A DNA stretch of 64,000 nt from Eledone cirrhosa. Its lineage: Eukaryota. Below, one piece after another: positions 11,845 through 24,474 of the stretch (positions within the stretch are counted from its first letter, which is position 1; every line of letters starts with the position of its first letter). The translations under genes were made by a program, and so were the position numbers. The notes under the pieces were generated by a model. It had not been told where the DNA came from. It worked only from the letters and a program-made list of their open reading frames with translations, and did not search any database. Location: the NCBI GenBank assembly GCA_964016885.1, contig OZ024762.1, positions 28,954,001 to 29,018,000 on the forward strand. Direction: 5' to 3'.

Positions 11845-12080
11845 TATCCCATTTTTATGGTGTGGAACGACTGAGAGTACAAGACTCCTCCCTGGACAGG
11901 ACGCCAATCCATCGTGGGGTCAAAACCCCAGCTATTGCTGGTACTCGTTTTCAGCTGAGTATACTGGAGCAGCGTGAAATGAAGTGTTTTGCTCAAGAAT
12001 ACAACACACAACTCAGCCCAGGAATCGAACCCATGACATTATGATTGTAAGTCCAACACCCTTACCACTAGGCCACACAC
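11845..12080 (-). mobile_element. Family-B SINE (duplicate at ~18200-18435)
   Basis: Reverse complement of 7690-7900: CAGCTGAGTATACTGGAGC...GCTCAAGAA...GGAATCGAACC...TTACCACTAGGC. Confidence 0.75.
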
Positions 12081-12171
12081 CTCCACTATGCATGTGCATC
12101 TGTCTGTATAATTGTCTCTTCTTCTTCTTCATCCTCATGTTTTCTGTTGTTGTTGCTTTATTCCATTGCAG

Positions 12172-12309
12172 TGTGTGCATCTGGTTCATTTGGTCCTAAC
12201 TGCAAGTATATGTGCCACTGTGCAGACAACAGTAAATGTAATATAGTGTCAGAGATATGTTCAAGTGGAGGATGTGCAGTTGGTTACAAGGGAAGTAACT
12301 GCCAGACAG
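12172..12309 (+). CDS. EGF-like exon 3 (138 bp)
   Basis: CATTGCAG| ... CAG|GTTAGT; CASGSFGPNCKYMCHCADNSKCNIVSEICSSGGCAVGYKGSNCQT. Confidence 0.92.
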
Positions 12310-12445
12310 GTTAGTAACCTACCACCAGATAGCGTTGTTTACACAACCATCCCTTCATACAACAACACTGTTTAAATGTTGAGAATCAATGAGTCCTTAA
12401 TTTTTTTTTATATCAAACCACATAAGACTGCCCCTGCTTCTAGGG

Positions 12446-12764
12446 CAGGGGCATGTAGCAGGCGGCCCGTGGGCCACAATCCGCCCTGCCAGACCAGTCA
12501 AAGTGGCCCGCGGTGACCATTTTAAATGTTTACCTTGTAGGCCTATTTACAATTTTTTTCATAACCGTAATACAATTTTCTGTTAGTTGACCTATACTAA
12601 AGGGCTTCACTGATAGGGTTGTGTGTGTTATACTTTCCCAGTTCCATGTTATGGAAAGAAGTTGTGGTGAATCTTCGGAATAGTGCTTAATAAATATTAA
12701 TAGCCCTAATAATTGTTCCAATGTTCAAAAGTGGCCCGCCAATGGAATATGTTGCACACCCCTG
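12446..12764. mobile_element. hAT (Charlie-like) MITE
   Basis: CAGGGG...CCCCTG termini, GGCCCG subterminal motifs, perfect 8-bp TSD TTCTAGGG at 12438-12445 and 12765-12772. Confidence 0.88.
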
Positions 12765-13644
12765 TTCTAGGGTACAAAATTGTTTAGTTTAAAGTGGTTA
12801 TGTATGTATGTATATATGTACATATGTACATATGTCAGGTGACCAGTTGGTGCTACTGGTAACATGTATCCCAGTACAACCTGTCTCATGGTCGGGTCGT
12901 TGGCGACTGAAATGGTAACCCCACCAAGGTTTCTTAGTGAGGAGGGTGACTTTGGACATCCTGCAGGACTAAAAACAAAACCTGTGAAAGGGCAACGGAG
13001 CTTTTAAGTGTCAATGGCCATCCAAAATCACCGGGAGAGATGACCCCTTAGCCTTTGTCAAGGCAGAATTCTAGAAGGAAAACTCTGATATAACACCTAC
13101 AACCCTGATGGTATCCAATGATGTTGACTTGTTCTTCTTTTTGGTAAATATCATCTTAGTTAAGAGAGTGGGACTGGCTTTGTGCAGTGCCTTTGCTCAC
13201 TATAAAAGTTTCACGGCACAGGCATTGCTTTATATCTGGAGATCTCTCTGTACAGGAATTTTCAAGTCGCTGGCTGGACTAAAAAGTCACTTTTGTTCAG
13301 CGCATCGGTAGGGGTTCTCCTACATGGATATAAAGTAGTGGCCGTACTCGAAAACGAGTTGGCAGCCACCATGTACATATGTATGTATGTTAAATGGTAC
13401 AATCAGCACTCATTTAACTGGATAGACAGAAGAAGAAACACAGCACTATCCGAAATTATGCTAAATCATAAGGAGGCTAAAACAGAACCAGGTACAGTAC
13501 TCGTTTTCTTGGCGTATTCTCACAAATGCATTTCCATATTTATGCGAATCCTTTTTCATGTGGCTGTGATCTCTGTACAACGGAAGCTCAACACATTATT
13601 AATAGGAGACAGGAAGTAATTAACAAAGGCTCTGACCACTTTAA

Positions 13645-13857
13645 CCTTTAGCATTTAAACCGGCCATATCCGGCCAGAATTCTCTCACCTTTTTCTGTTC
13701 AAACCAGCCGTAACTGGCTGCTCATACTTATGTTAAGGTATTGTTCTCAAAATAAATAATATCAAAATCTTGTGTATTTGATATTATGTGAGATTATTAT
13801 GTGAGGTAAAGACTTTACAGAGAAAATACATTACAGAGTAATGTAAATGCTAAAGAG
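13645..13857 (+). mobile_element. Short copy of the TTAA MITE (single internal unit); duplicate at 20000..20212
   Basis: TTAA|CCTTTAGCATTTA ... TAAATGCTAAAGAG|TTAA; collinear with 8746-8970. Confidence 0.8.
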
Positions 13858-14618
13858 TTAATACTTGTATGCATAAAATATCTAAAACTTTCCTTAGATT
13901 AGATAGTTAACACATTCCATGCTAACTTCCACCTAGAGCTGAACATAATGACTAAATCTATACATTTAATGCATCCTTACATAGTTACACAAGAATCACC
14001 TTCTCTAATAATACACAGCCTGGATATATAGCTATGTAGTTCAAACAAATAAACAAAGTTCAAGTAAACAAAAAAATAAGTAGATTATTCGAACAAATTC
14101 TTTAACATATAGGAACGGGGGTTGGGGTGATGACTGACCCCTCTGGTAATTTGATACCTTAACCTACTTAGCATCCCTAGTATGTCAGCAACAATAGCAC
14201 CTCCTGCTTCATATCTGCCTACTAGAATAGCCATCCAAACCATATAACAACTGGACAGGAATGCAAACACAACTCTAACCCCCACTCCTTGGTAGCATAT
14301 CAAAAACAAAATAAAAGAACACAAATTTCAACTTGTCTGAAGAGAACATGTCAGAAAGTTATTATGCAACCGCTCTGACATCTTCGAAATACGTATAACA
14401 GAATTATGTAATAAACAGAAGTTGTACACTGTAAATGTGGTTGGTGTTAGGAAGGGCCTCCAGGGGTAAAAAACCTACCAAAGACAGTTCTGTACAAGCA
14501 AGACACGGTCTCCAGACCAATCTCACCTCAAGTGGAACAAAACCATCTAATCCAGACTAGTGTGGAAGATGGATGTTAAACAATGATGATGATGATGATG
14601 ATGATAACCATGATGATG

Positions 14619-14975
14619 ATCATCATCATCATTTTACGTCCGCTTTTCCCTGCTTGCAAGGGTGGGACGGGTCCTATACAGCACAGCATCTCTCCATTCA
14701 TCACAGTCCTTCGTCATCTCCTCCATGAGCTTCAGCAATCTGAGGTCAGATCTCACCACCTCCGTCCATGATTTTCGTTGCCTTCCTCTACTGCATCTTC
14801 TTTCTACTGGGATTTCTTGGCACTTCTTTACCCAGCAGTCATCCTCCATGCGCATCATATGTCCATACCAACGCAGTCTTCTCTCCCACACACTACAGCT
14901 TATCCCTATTATACACAATTTCTTTCTCAACTCGTCTATGCTTGCTCATTCATGCACATTGACATTGCGCATCCA
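14619..14975 (-). mobile_element. 5'-truncated RTE LINE fragment, tail-to-tail with another RTE-type tail (~14425-14605, +)
   Basis: Minus-strand peptide ERRLRWYGHMMRMEDDCWVKKC...RGRQRKSW; ends GGACGTAAAATGATGATGAT. Confidence 0.85.
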
Positions 14976-15150
14976 ATGATGATGATGATATATAGTATTG
15001 AGGCATTATTTTGCTGCTGGATGTCCTTCTTGATGCCAAACTATTTTAGGCTCTTTCTACAACATGCAGGGTTATAGAGTTACTATTGTAAATGGGATAC
15101 ACTCAAAGGATGAAAGATAACAACTCTGAAATTTGAATTAATTAAACTCA

Positions 15151-15722
15151 CCGTATTTCCCGGCGTCAAAGACGCTACTTTTACTAAAATAAGTCTCAAA
15201 AATCTACCTTGCATCCTGGAGGCCGAAAGTTGTTTATTATTTTTCTTCAAAGGGCGGTGAATTGGCAGTATCGGTAGAGGGTCGGACGCCATGCTTTGAC
15301 GCATAGAGTTACAGCACTTGCCATTCTGAGTTCAAATCCTGCCAAGGTTAACTTTGCCTTTCATCCTTACGGAGTCGATAAAATAAAGTACCAGTAATGT
15401 ACTGGGTGATTGCTGGCCTTGTGCCAATAGTAGAAACAATTACTTTTCTTCAAATTCAAAGAGCGGTGGATTGGCAGTATCGGTCTGACGCCATGCTTTG
15501 CAGCAAAGAGTTACGTCCCTTTATGGTCTGAGTTCAAATCCCGCCGAGGTTAACTTTGCCATTCATCCTTACAGGGTCGATAAAATAAAGTACCAGTAAA
15601 ACACTGGAATAATTGCTGGCCTTGTGCCAAAAGTAGAAACAATTATTTTTTTTCAAATTTTTGGTTGTCAGAATTAGGGTGTGTCCTCGAGGACGAAGTG
15701 TCTTCGGCGTCAGGAAATACAG
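15151..15722. mobile_element. Tc1/mariner-like MITE carrying two nested family-A SINEs (~15252-15440, ~15461-15645)
   Basis: Imperfect inverted termini CCGTATTTCCCGGCG / CGTCAGGAAATACAG followed by TA; two tandem SINE copies inside. Confidence 0.6.
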
Positions 15723-15750
15723 TAATTACATATTGAAGTTGTTTTCTCAG

Positions 15751-15888
15751 GATGTGCCCATGGCATGTTTGGTGTCAACTGTGTGAAGAAGTGCCACTGT
15801 CTGAATAATGGCAAATGTTACTCTGACAATGGTATCTGCATCAATGGAAGGTGCTCACCTGGTTACAGGGGACACAGCTGCCAGTCAA
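15751..15888 (+). CDS. EGF-like exon 4 (138 bp, divergent type)
   Basis: TTTTCTCAG| ... A|GTAAGT; CAHGMFGVNCVKKCHCLNNGKCYSDNGICINGRCSPGYRGHSCQS. Confidence 0.93.
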
Positions 15889-15917
15889 GTAAGTTTTTAT
15901 CTGTTTACCCTTTAGAG

Positions 15918-17290
15918 AGGGAAGAGACAGGGACCACGACAGTATTTAGGGACTCACTGATTGGTGGAAGAGAAGAGACAGGGACCACGACAGTATTTAG
16001 GGACTCACTGATTGGTGGAAGAGAAGAGACAGGGACCACAACAGTATTAAGGGACTCACTGATTGGTGGAAGAGAAGAGACATGGACCACGACAGTATTA
16101 AGGGACTCACTGATTGGTGGAAGAGAAGAGACAGGGACCACAACAGTATTAAGGGACTCACTGATTGGTGGAAGAGAAGAGACAGGGACCATGATAGTAT
16201 TTAGGGACTCACTGATTGGTGGAAGAGAAGAGACAGGGACCACAACAGTATTAAGGGACTCACTGATTGGTGGAAGAGAAGAGACATGGACCACGACAGT
16301 ATTAAGGGACTCACTGATTGGTGGAAGAGAAGAGACAGGGACCATGATAGTATTTAGGGACTCACTGATTGGTGGAAGAGAAGAGACAGGGACCACAACA
16401 GTATTAAGGGACTCACTGATTGGTGGAAGAGAAGAGACAGGGACCACGGCAGTATTAAGGGACTCACTGATTGGTGGAAGAGAAGAGACAGAGACCACGA
16501 CAGTATTAAGGGACTCACTGATTGGTGGAAGAGAAGAGACAGGGACCACGACAGTATTAAGGGACTCACTGATTGGTGGAAGAGAAGAGACATGGACCAC
16601 GACAGTATTAAGGGACTCACTGATTGGTGGAAGAGAAGAGACAGGGACCATGATAGTATTTAGGGACTCACTGATTGGTGGAAGAGAAGAGACAGGGACC
16701 ACAACAGTATTAAGGGACTCACTGATTGGTGGAAGAGAAGAGACAGGGACCACGACAGTATTAAGGGACTCACTGATTGGTGGAAGAGAAGAGACAGGGA
16801 CCACAACAGTATTAAGGGACTCACTGATTGGTGGAAGAGAAGAGACAGGGACTACGGCAGTATTAAGGGACTCACTGATTGGTGGAAGAGAAGTAAGGGA
16901 CAGGAACCATGACAGTATTTAGGGACTCACTGATTGGTGGAAGAGAAGGAACAGGGACCAGAACAGTATTTAGGGTCCCCTAGATTGATGGAAAGGAAGG
17001 AAGGGACAGTAACCATTGCAATATTTAGGGTCTCCAAAATTAGTGGAAGGAATGGGAAGGTACTACAACAGTATTTAGGGTCTCCAAGATTACTGGAGGG
17101 AGGAACAGGAACCATGACAGTATTTAGGGACTCCCAGATTGGTGGAAGAGAAGGGACATGGACCACAACAGTATTTAGGGTCTCTCAGGTTGGTGGAAGA
17201 GAAAGGACAGTGACCATTACAATATTTAGGGTCTACAAGATTGGTGAAGTAATGGAATGGGACCACAACAGTATTTTGGATCTCCCAGAT
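15918..17290. repeat. 51-bp minisatellite, ~20 homogeneous copies then ~7 degenerate ones
   Basis: GAAGAGACAGGGACCACGACAGTATTAAGGGACTCACTGATTGGTGGAAGA; gives the 17-aa periodic ORFs. Confidence 0.95.
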
Positions 17291-17995
17291 GGTGGTGGTG
17301 ATGATGATGGTGGTGCTGGTGGTCGTGGTGGTGATGGTGATGGTGATGATGATGATGGTGGTGGTGGTGGTGATGGTGGTGGTGGTGGTGGTGGTGGTGT
17401 TGGTGGAGTGTAGGTGGCTGTCGTGGTTATAGTGGGAGTGGAGTGTAGGTGGTGATGGTGGTGGTGGAGTGGAGGTAGTTGTGGTGGTGGTGAGGAGGAG
17501 GATGCTGGTTTTGTTGTTGTTGGTGGTGTGGTGGTGGTGGTGCTGCTGCTGCTGCTGGTGATAGTGGTAGTGGTGGTGGTATTGCATATTGTAGTAGGTA
17601 TTGTTGATGTTGTTTAGCCCCCAGGTAAGCCAACATCCAACAGACCTGCCAAGAGTGGTCTCAGATGGTGCTTGGAACATAACTTAACAAAGGTTGTTAG
17701 TATTGTAAGAACAAGGTCCACATCTGGCAGTTTGGTATCAAAAGGGTTAAGATGGTATTTGGAACATAACTTAACAAAGGTTGTTAGTATTGTAAGAACA
17801 AGGTCCACATCTGGCAGTTTGGTATCAAAACGGTTAAGATGGTATTTGGAACATAACTTAACAAAGGTCCTTAGTATTGTAAGGGTTGATTAATCCTATT
17901 AATCCTTTGTATTCTTACTCAGTTGAACCTCATTTTTTTTACAAATGTTTAGTGAGATAAAAGAGCAGAGGTTTTCTCATGATCTTTCATTGTAG

Positions 17996-18133
17996 AATGT
18001 CCAGAGGGGAAATTTGGACCAAACTGTGGCAACACATGCCCCTGTGCTGACAACAGCAGGTGTAACAAACAGACAGGTGTGTGTTCAAGTGGAGGATGTG
18101 CTGCTGGTTATGAAGGTAGCAACTGTCAGACAG
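17996..18133 (+). CDS. EGF-like exon 5 (138 bp, duplicate of exon 2)
   Basis: Same splice sites and same peptide as 11643..11780; the differences seen are synonymous (GGG/GGA, AAT/AAC). Confidence 0.92.
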
Positions 18134-18524
18134 GTAAGTTGTGTAGTATAGCTTTTTTTGTAACATAATATATTGTGTCCAGACAATAGTAGGTGCTTAT
18201 CCCATTTTTATGGTGTGAAATGACTGAGAGTACAAGACTCCTCCCTGGACAGGACGCCAATCCATCGTGGGGTCAAAACCCCAGCTATTGCTGGTACTCG
18301 TTTTCAGCTGAGTATACTGGAGCAGCGTGAAATGAAGTGTTTTGCTCAAGAATACAACACACAACTCAGCCCAGGAATCGAACCCATGACATTATGATTG
18401 TAAGTCCAACACCCTTACCACTAGGCCACACACCTCCACTATGCATGTGCATCTGTCTGTATAATTGTCTCTTCTTCTTCTTCATCCTCATGTTTTCTGT
18501 TGTTGTTGCTTTATTCCATTGCAG

Positions 18525-18662
18525 TGTGTGCATCTGGTTCATTTGGTCCTAACTGCAAGTATATGTGCCACTGTGCAGACAACAGTAAATGTAATATAGT
18601 GTCAGGGATATGTTCAAGTGGAGGATGTGCAGTTGGTTACAAGGGAAGTAACTGCCAGACAG
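18525..18662 (+). CDS. EGF-like exon 6 (138 bp, duplicate of exon 3)
   Basis: GCAG| ... AG|GTTAGT; as exon 3 but VSGIC instead of VSEIC. Confidence 0.92.
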
Positions 18663-21240
18663 GTTAGTAACCTACCACCAGATAGCGTTGTTTACACAAC
18701 CATCCCTTCATACAACAACACTGTTTAAATGTTGAGAATCAATGAGTCCTTAATTTTTTTTACATCAAACCACATAAGACTGCCCCTGCTTCTAGGGCAG
18801 GGGCATGTAGCAGGCGGCCCGTGGGCCACAATCCGCCCTGCCAGACCAGTCAAAGTGGCCCGCGGTGACCATTTTCAATGTTTACCTTGTAGGCCTATTT
18901 ACAATTTTTTTCATAACCGTAATACAATTTTCTGTTAGTTGACCTATACTAAAGGGCTTCACTGATAGGGTTATGTGTGTTATACTTTCCCAGTTCCATG
19001 TTATGGAAAGAAGTTGTGGTGAATCTTCGGAATAGTGCTTAATAAATAATAATAGCCCTAATAATTGTTCCAATGTTCAAAAGTGGCCCGCCAATGGAAT
19101 ATGTTGCACACCCCTGTTCTAGGGTACAAAATTGTTTAGTTTAAAGTGGTTATGTATGTATGTATATATGTACATATGTACATATGTCAGGTCACCAGTT
19201 GGTGCTACTGGTAACATGTATCCCAGTACAACCTGTCTCATGGTCGGGTCGTTGGCGACTGAAATGGTAACCCCACCAAGGTTTCTTGGTGAGGAGGGTG
19301 ACTTTGGACATCCTGCAGGACTAAAAACAAAACCTGTGAAAGGGCAACGGAGCTTTTAAGTATCAATGGCCATCCAAAATCACCGGGAGAGATGACCCCT
19401 TAGCCTTTCTCAAGGCAGAATTCTAGGAGAAGGAAAACTCTAATATTACACCTGCAACCCTGATGGTATCCAATGATGTTGACTTGTTCTTCCTTTTGGT
19501 AAATATCATCTTAGTTAAGAGAGTGGGACTGGCTTTGTGCAGTGCCTTTGCTCACTATAAAAGCTTCACGGCACAAGCATTGCTTTATATCTGGAGATCT
19601 CTCTGTACAGGAATTTTCAAGTCACTGGCTGGACTAAAAAGTCACTATTGTTCAGCGCATCGGTAGGGGTTCTCCTACATGGATATAAAGTAGTGGCCGT
19701 ACTCGAAAACGAGTTGGCAGCCACCATGTACATATGTATGTATGTTAAATGGTACAATCAGCACTCATTTAACTGGATAGACAGAAGAAGAAGCACAGTG
19801 CTATCTGAAATTATGCTAAATCATAAGGAGGCTAAAACAGAACCAGGTACAGTACTCGTTTTCTTGGCGTATTCTCACAAATGCATTTCCATATTTATGC
19901 GAATCCTTTTTCATGTGGCTGTGATCTCTGTACAACGGAAGCTCAACACATTATTAATAGGAGACAGGAAGTAATTAACAAAGGCTCTGACCACTTTAAC
20001 CTTTAGCATTTAAACCGGCCATATCCGGCCAGAATTCTCTCACCTTTTTCTGTTCAAACCAGCCGTAACTGGCTGCTCATACTTATGTTAAGGTATTGTT
20101 CTCAAAATAAATAATATCAAAATCTTGTTGATTTGATATTATGTGAGATTATTATGTGAGGTAAAGACTTTACAGAGAAAATACATTACAGAGTAATGTA
20201 AATGCTAAAGAGTTAATACTTGTATGCATAAAATATCTAAAACTTTCCTTAGATTAGATAGTTAACACATTCCATGCTAACTTCCACCTAGAGCTGAACA
20301 TAATGACTAAATCTATACATTTAATGCATCCTTACATAGTTACACAAGAATCACCTTCTCTAATAATACACAGCCTGGATATATAGCTATGTAGTTCAAA
20401 CAAATAAACAAAGTTCAAATAAACAAAAAAATAAGTAGATTATTCGAACAAATTCTTTAACATATATGAACGGGGGGTGGGGTGATGACTGACCCCTCTG
20501 GTAATTTGATACCTTAACCTACTTACCATCCCTAGTATGTCAGCAACAATAGCACCTCCTGCTTCATATCTGCCTACTAGAATAGCCATCCAAACCATAT
20601 AACAACTGGACAGGAATGCAAACACAACTCTAACCCCCAATCCTTGGTAGCATATCAAAAACAAAATAAAAGAACACAAATTTGATGCCTGACCGATTTA
20701 ACTCACTCAATATGCAAATTAGGCTGCTCAGCCGTTAATTTTGATAAGGAAAGAATATACTTTCGAACGTTCAACTATCTGGCAGATGGGTAAACGGTGC
20801 TGATGATAGCTAACAAGCTTGAAACTAGTACATCGTTCCTGTGTCAGTGTTGAACAAAAAGGTGACGTGGTTGCCTTAACACCGTATGGCATAAATTCAG
20901 GCTGTTCAGTTTGTTGACAAACGAACAAAGCGGCGTTATAATAAGCGTCCGCTAAACTGATGCGTGCATATATGTATGTGTACCTGTATGTATATGTGTA
21001 TATATATATATATATGCATGCTACTGTACGTCCGTATACATATATGTATGTACGTATACATACATACTTACATTTAAGTAAGTGCCATACTAAGAGTGAG
21101 AAATGAAATTTCGTTTTCATTTTTTTCAACTTATATATATATACATATATATATATATAACTCTTATCTTATTGAGCCCTCTCCAGATTTTGGTGTTTCT
21201 ATTTATTATTAACTACTCTCTCACTTCTCTCTCTCTCTCT

Positions 21241-21576
21241 ATGGCTTAGTGGTTAGAGCATTGGCCTTGCAATCGAAAGGTTGTGAGTTCAATTCTCAAA
21301 CCGGGTGATGTGTTGTTTCCTTGAGCAAGACACTTTATTTCACATTGCTCCAGTTTACTCAGCTGTAGAAATGAGATGATAGGGACTTGGGCCTCTATCA
21401 TTCCACTGCAAAGTGGTCGTGGAGGTGCCACAGGAAAAAAGCACCCAGCACTCACTGTAAATAAGGTTGGTGGTAGGAAGGGCATCCAGCTGTAGAAATC
21501 AAACCAGAATCAGTTTCCGTCCCACCCTCGCAAGCAGGGAAAAGTGGACGTAAAATGATGATGATGATGATGATGA
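21241..21576 (+). mobile_element. Family-B SINE with RTE-derived 3' tail (copies at ~37126-37455 +, ~39820-40155 +, ~40975-41300 -, ~53865-54200 -)
   Basis: TGGCTTAGTGG A box, GTTCAATTC B box, CCTTGAGCAAGACACTT core, tail GCAAGCAGGGAAAAGTGGACGTAAAA(TGA)n. Confidence 0.85.
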
Positions 21577-21856
21577 TACATATATATTTATATATATATA
21601 TATACATAAAACTCTTATCTTATTGAGCCCTCTCTAGATTTTGGTCTTTGTATTTATTATTAACTACTCTCTCTCTTCTCTCTCTCTCTCTCTGTATATA
21701 TATATGTGTGTGTGTGTGGTGCTGCTGCTGCTGACATACTTAATGATAAAGAAGAAGATATACATTTCATTTTTTTATGTTTTCTTACAGTGTCACATGA
21801 AGCAATTTCTCTGGTCTCACATTTTCAAAATTCAAATAATGTCTACCATGTAAAAT

Positions 21857-22229
21857 ATTATTATGTAATAAACAAGATAAGGCAATTATTCCATTTACCA
21901 GTGGTTTCTTAAAAGCAAAAGGTTTTGCTTTCAATCCTCAGAATGAAAAAATCCTGGTTTGTTTATTGAATTTGGATTTTAAAAAACAAAAATGCAATCT
22001 ATATGAAAGTGAGGCTGGAGAAGGAAGAAGGAAAGGAAAAATAAAATAAAACTACACATGCAAACACACACACAAAAAAACACAAAAGCATACATACACG
22101 CACACACATATATATATATATACATATATACATATACACATATATATATACATACACAAATATACACATACACATACATACACATATACACATACATACA
22201 CGCATACATACACATACACACACACATAT

Positions 22230-22284
<55 letters not shown>

Positions 22285-23245
22285 CATATATATATGTGTG
22301 TACAAGCATACACATACACAAACATAGCCATACACACACACATATATACATACATACATTCACACAATCATACATATATACATACGTACATACATACACA
22401 TACATAAATGCACTCCTCTACATATTCACACACGCAAATAAATATAAGAAAAAATATATATATATATTAAAAAAATTTTTTGACACCGTTACATAAGGCA
22501 GCTAACTGGACAGACACGCGTGGTAAGTAATACACACAAATGCACGGATACATACGTACGAAATCGTAAACACATACACACACTCTCACACATAAATATA
22601 CATATACAAATACATAAACACATACATGCACATACATGCACAAATACGCACACGTATACAATATATACACACACATATGTATATGTAATTATATACACAC
22701 ACACATATATATATATATACATATATATACATAAATATAAACGCACACACACACACATACGTATACATACACACACATATACATACATAGCTAAACAATT
22801 ATACACATACAAATACGTACATATCATAAACACGCACAACCAAATACAAACACAAACACAGACACACATACATATATACATACACACGCATACATATACA
22901 CACATATATATATATACATATATATATATACACATATATATATATATATATATACATACATACATATACATACATATATATACACATGCATACACATACA
23001 CACACACATACATGTGTGTATGTGTAAGACTCAGTCTTAGATAATTCATATGAACCTTACATATACGTATATATAGTAGTAAAGTAATAAAGCAACATAA
23101 GGCAATTATTCCATTCACCAGTGGTTTCTTAAAAGCAAAAAATTTTTCCTTCAATCTTCAGAATGAAAAAAACCCTGGTTTATCCACATATACATACACA
23201 CACACAAATATATACATATATATACACACATACACATACACACAC

Positions 23246-23298
<53 letters not shown>

Positions 23299-23570
23299 CA
23301 TATATACACATATATATATACACACAAATATAGATACACATACACATAGGTATGTGAAGGGCAAGGCAAAAAGAATATATTGGGGGGGGGGGGCATAAGA
23401 AAAGGTAAAATATAAGGGGAGGTAAGGGAGAAAAAAATAAGTAAATATACAAGAGTACAGAACGTAGAATCAGCAAAATAAAAACCGTAGCAGAAGTAAA
23501 GAGCAGGGAAGGAGTTCAAGGCGGTTGATTTATCATAGGAGTGTCAATGTTTTTTTTTTATATTTATGTG

Positions 23571-23625
<55 letters not shown>

Positions 23626-23863
23626 ATGTATGCTTTTGTGTTTTTGTGTGTGTGTTTGCATGTGTAGTTTTATTTTATTTTTCCTTTCCTTCTCCCTTCT
23701 CCAGCCTCACTTTCATATAGTTTGCATTTTTGTTTTTTAAAATCCAAATTCAATAAACAAACCAGGATTTTTTTCATTCTGAGGATTGAAAGCAAAACCT
23801 TTTGCTTTTAAGAAACCACTGGTAAATGGAATAATTGCCTTATGTTGTTTATTACATAATAAT
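21857..23863. mobile_element. Fold-back-like element with ~260-bp inverted arms around (TA/CA)n-rich interior
   Basis: 21857..~22120 is the reverse complement of ~23600..23863; third partial arm at ~23085-23182. Confidence 0.75.
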
Positions 23864-24474
23864 AATTAAGCTCTGTTGCCTACATAGAGCACTCTTTTTT
23901 CCTGGATTTTTCCGACGGAATTACTTCATATATATATATATATATATGTATATATAAGCCGTAGAGCAACTATTGATTAAAATAATGAGTTTCAGAAGAT
24001 CCCGTTAAGGTTGAAAGCAGCTATTCTTTGTTTAAAGAGAGAGAGAAGGAGAATGATATTTTGACGGTCTTCGAGTTTATTCCGAAGTCTGTGCAAAGGA
24101 CTTGCTGTTGATTTCATAACTAAACTTTGGATATTTTAAACAAAAAAACGAAGTTGTAATGGATAATATCGCTGCTATTTCTAGCAGTTAGAAAGACTAC
24201 GTAGAGGTTTTGTAAGGTGGCATTGCAGGTCTAAATTCCATAGTTGTAATAGAATCTGATGTCAGAGGTGGTGGAGATGGTACATTTTGGTCTTCAACAG
24301 TGAAAATGCCTCCATTTCTTTCAGCAATGAATTCTGTGCATTTCTTGGGTCGTCAGTAACCTGGCTTGTGTGGAGATTGTGAAGAGGACCAACTGAAGAG
24401 TGAGGTCTCTGCTTTGAATGTACATATTTCCAGGACACCATACTGTCAGGGTTGGATGCTATGTGCAGTTAAGA

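Larger units (their letters stand above)
11085..14328 (+). repeat. Segmental duplicate copy 1 (~3.2 kb, two EGF exons)
   Basis: Near-identical to ~17395..20683 (offset 6353-6355); similarity ends at AGAACACAAATTT. Confidence 0.93.
17395..20683 (+). repeat. Segmental duplicate copy 2
   Basis: Matches 11085..14328 including SINE, hAT MITE (18798..19116, same TSD) and TTAA MITE. Confidence 0.93.

Noticed and set aside
12835-13100. Possible RTE 5'UTR fragment or HDV-like ribozyme (copy at ~19190-19460)
   Set aside because: Only a vague motif resemblance (AGAAGGAAAACTCT); no fold or adjoining ORF could be supported by eye.
15765-16922. 385-aa ORF: EGF domain plus EETGTTTVLRDSLIGGR repeats
   Set aside because: Read-through of exon 4 past a consensus GTAAGT donor into a 51-bp minisatellite that is open on both strands.
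21241-21310. tRNA genes at SINE heads
   Set aside because: Only A/B-box-like motifs followed by SINE body; no complete cloverleaf supported.
21791-21849. Possible small exon after TTTCTTACAG (copy at ~40399-40457)
   Set aside because: 59 bp to a weak GTAAAA donor, not phase-compatible with the flanking exons, and no recognisable peptide.
21979-23740. YI/CV-rich ORFs (also at 34041-34909 and 36183-36942)
   Set aside because: (TA)n/(CA)n microsatellite translations.
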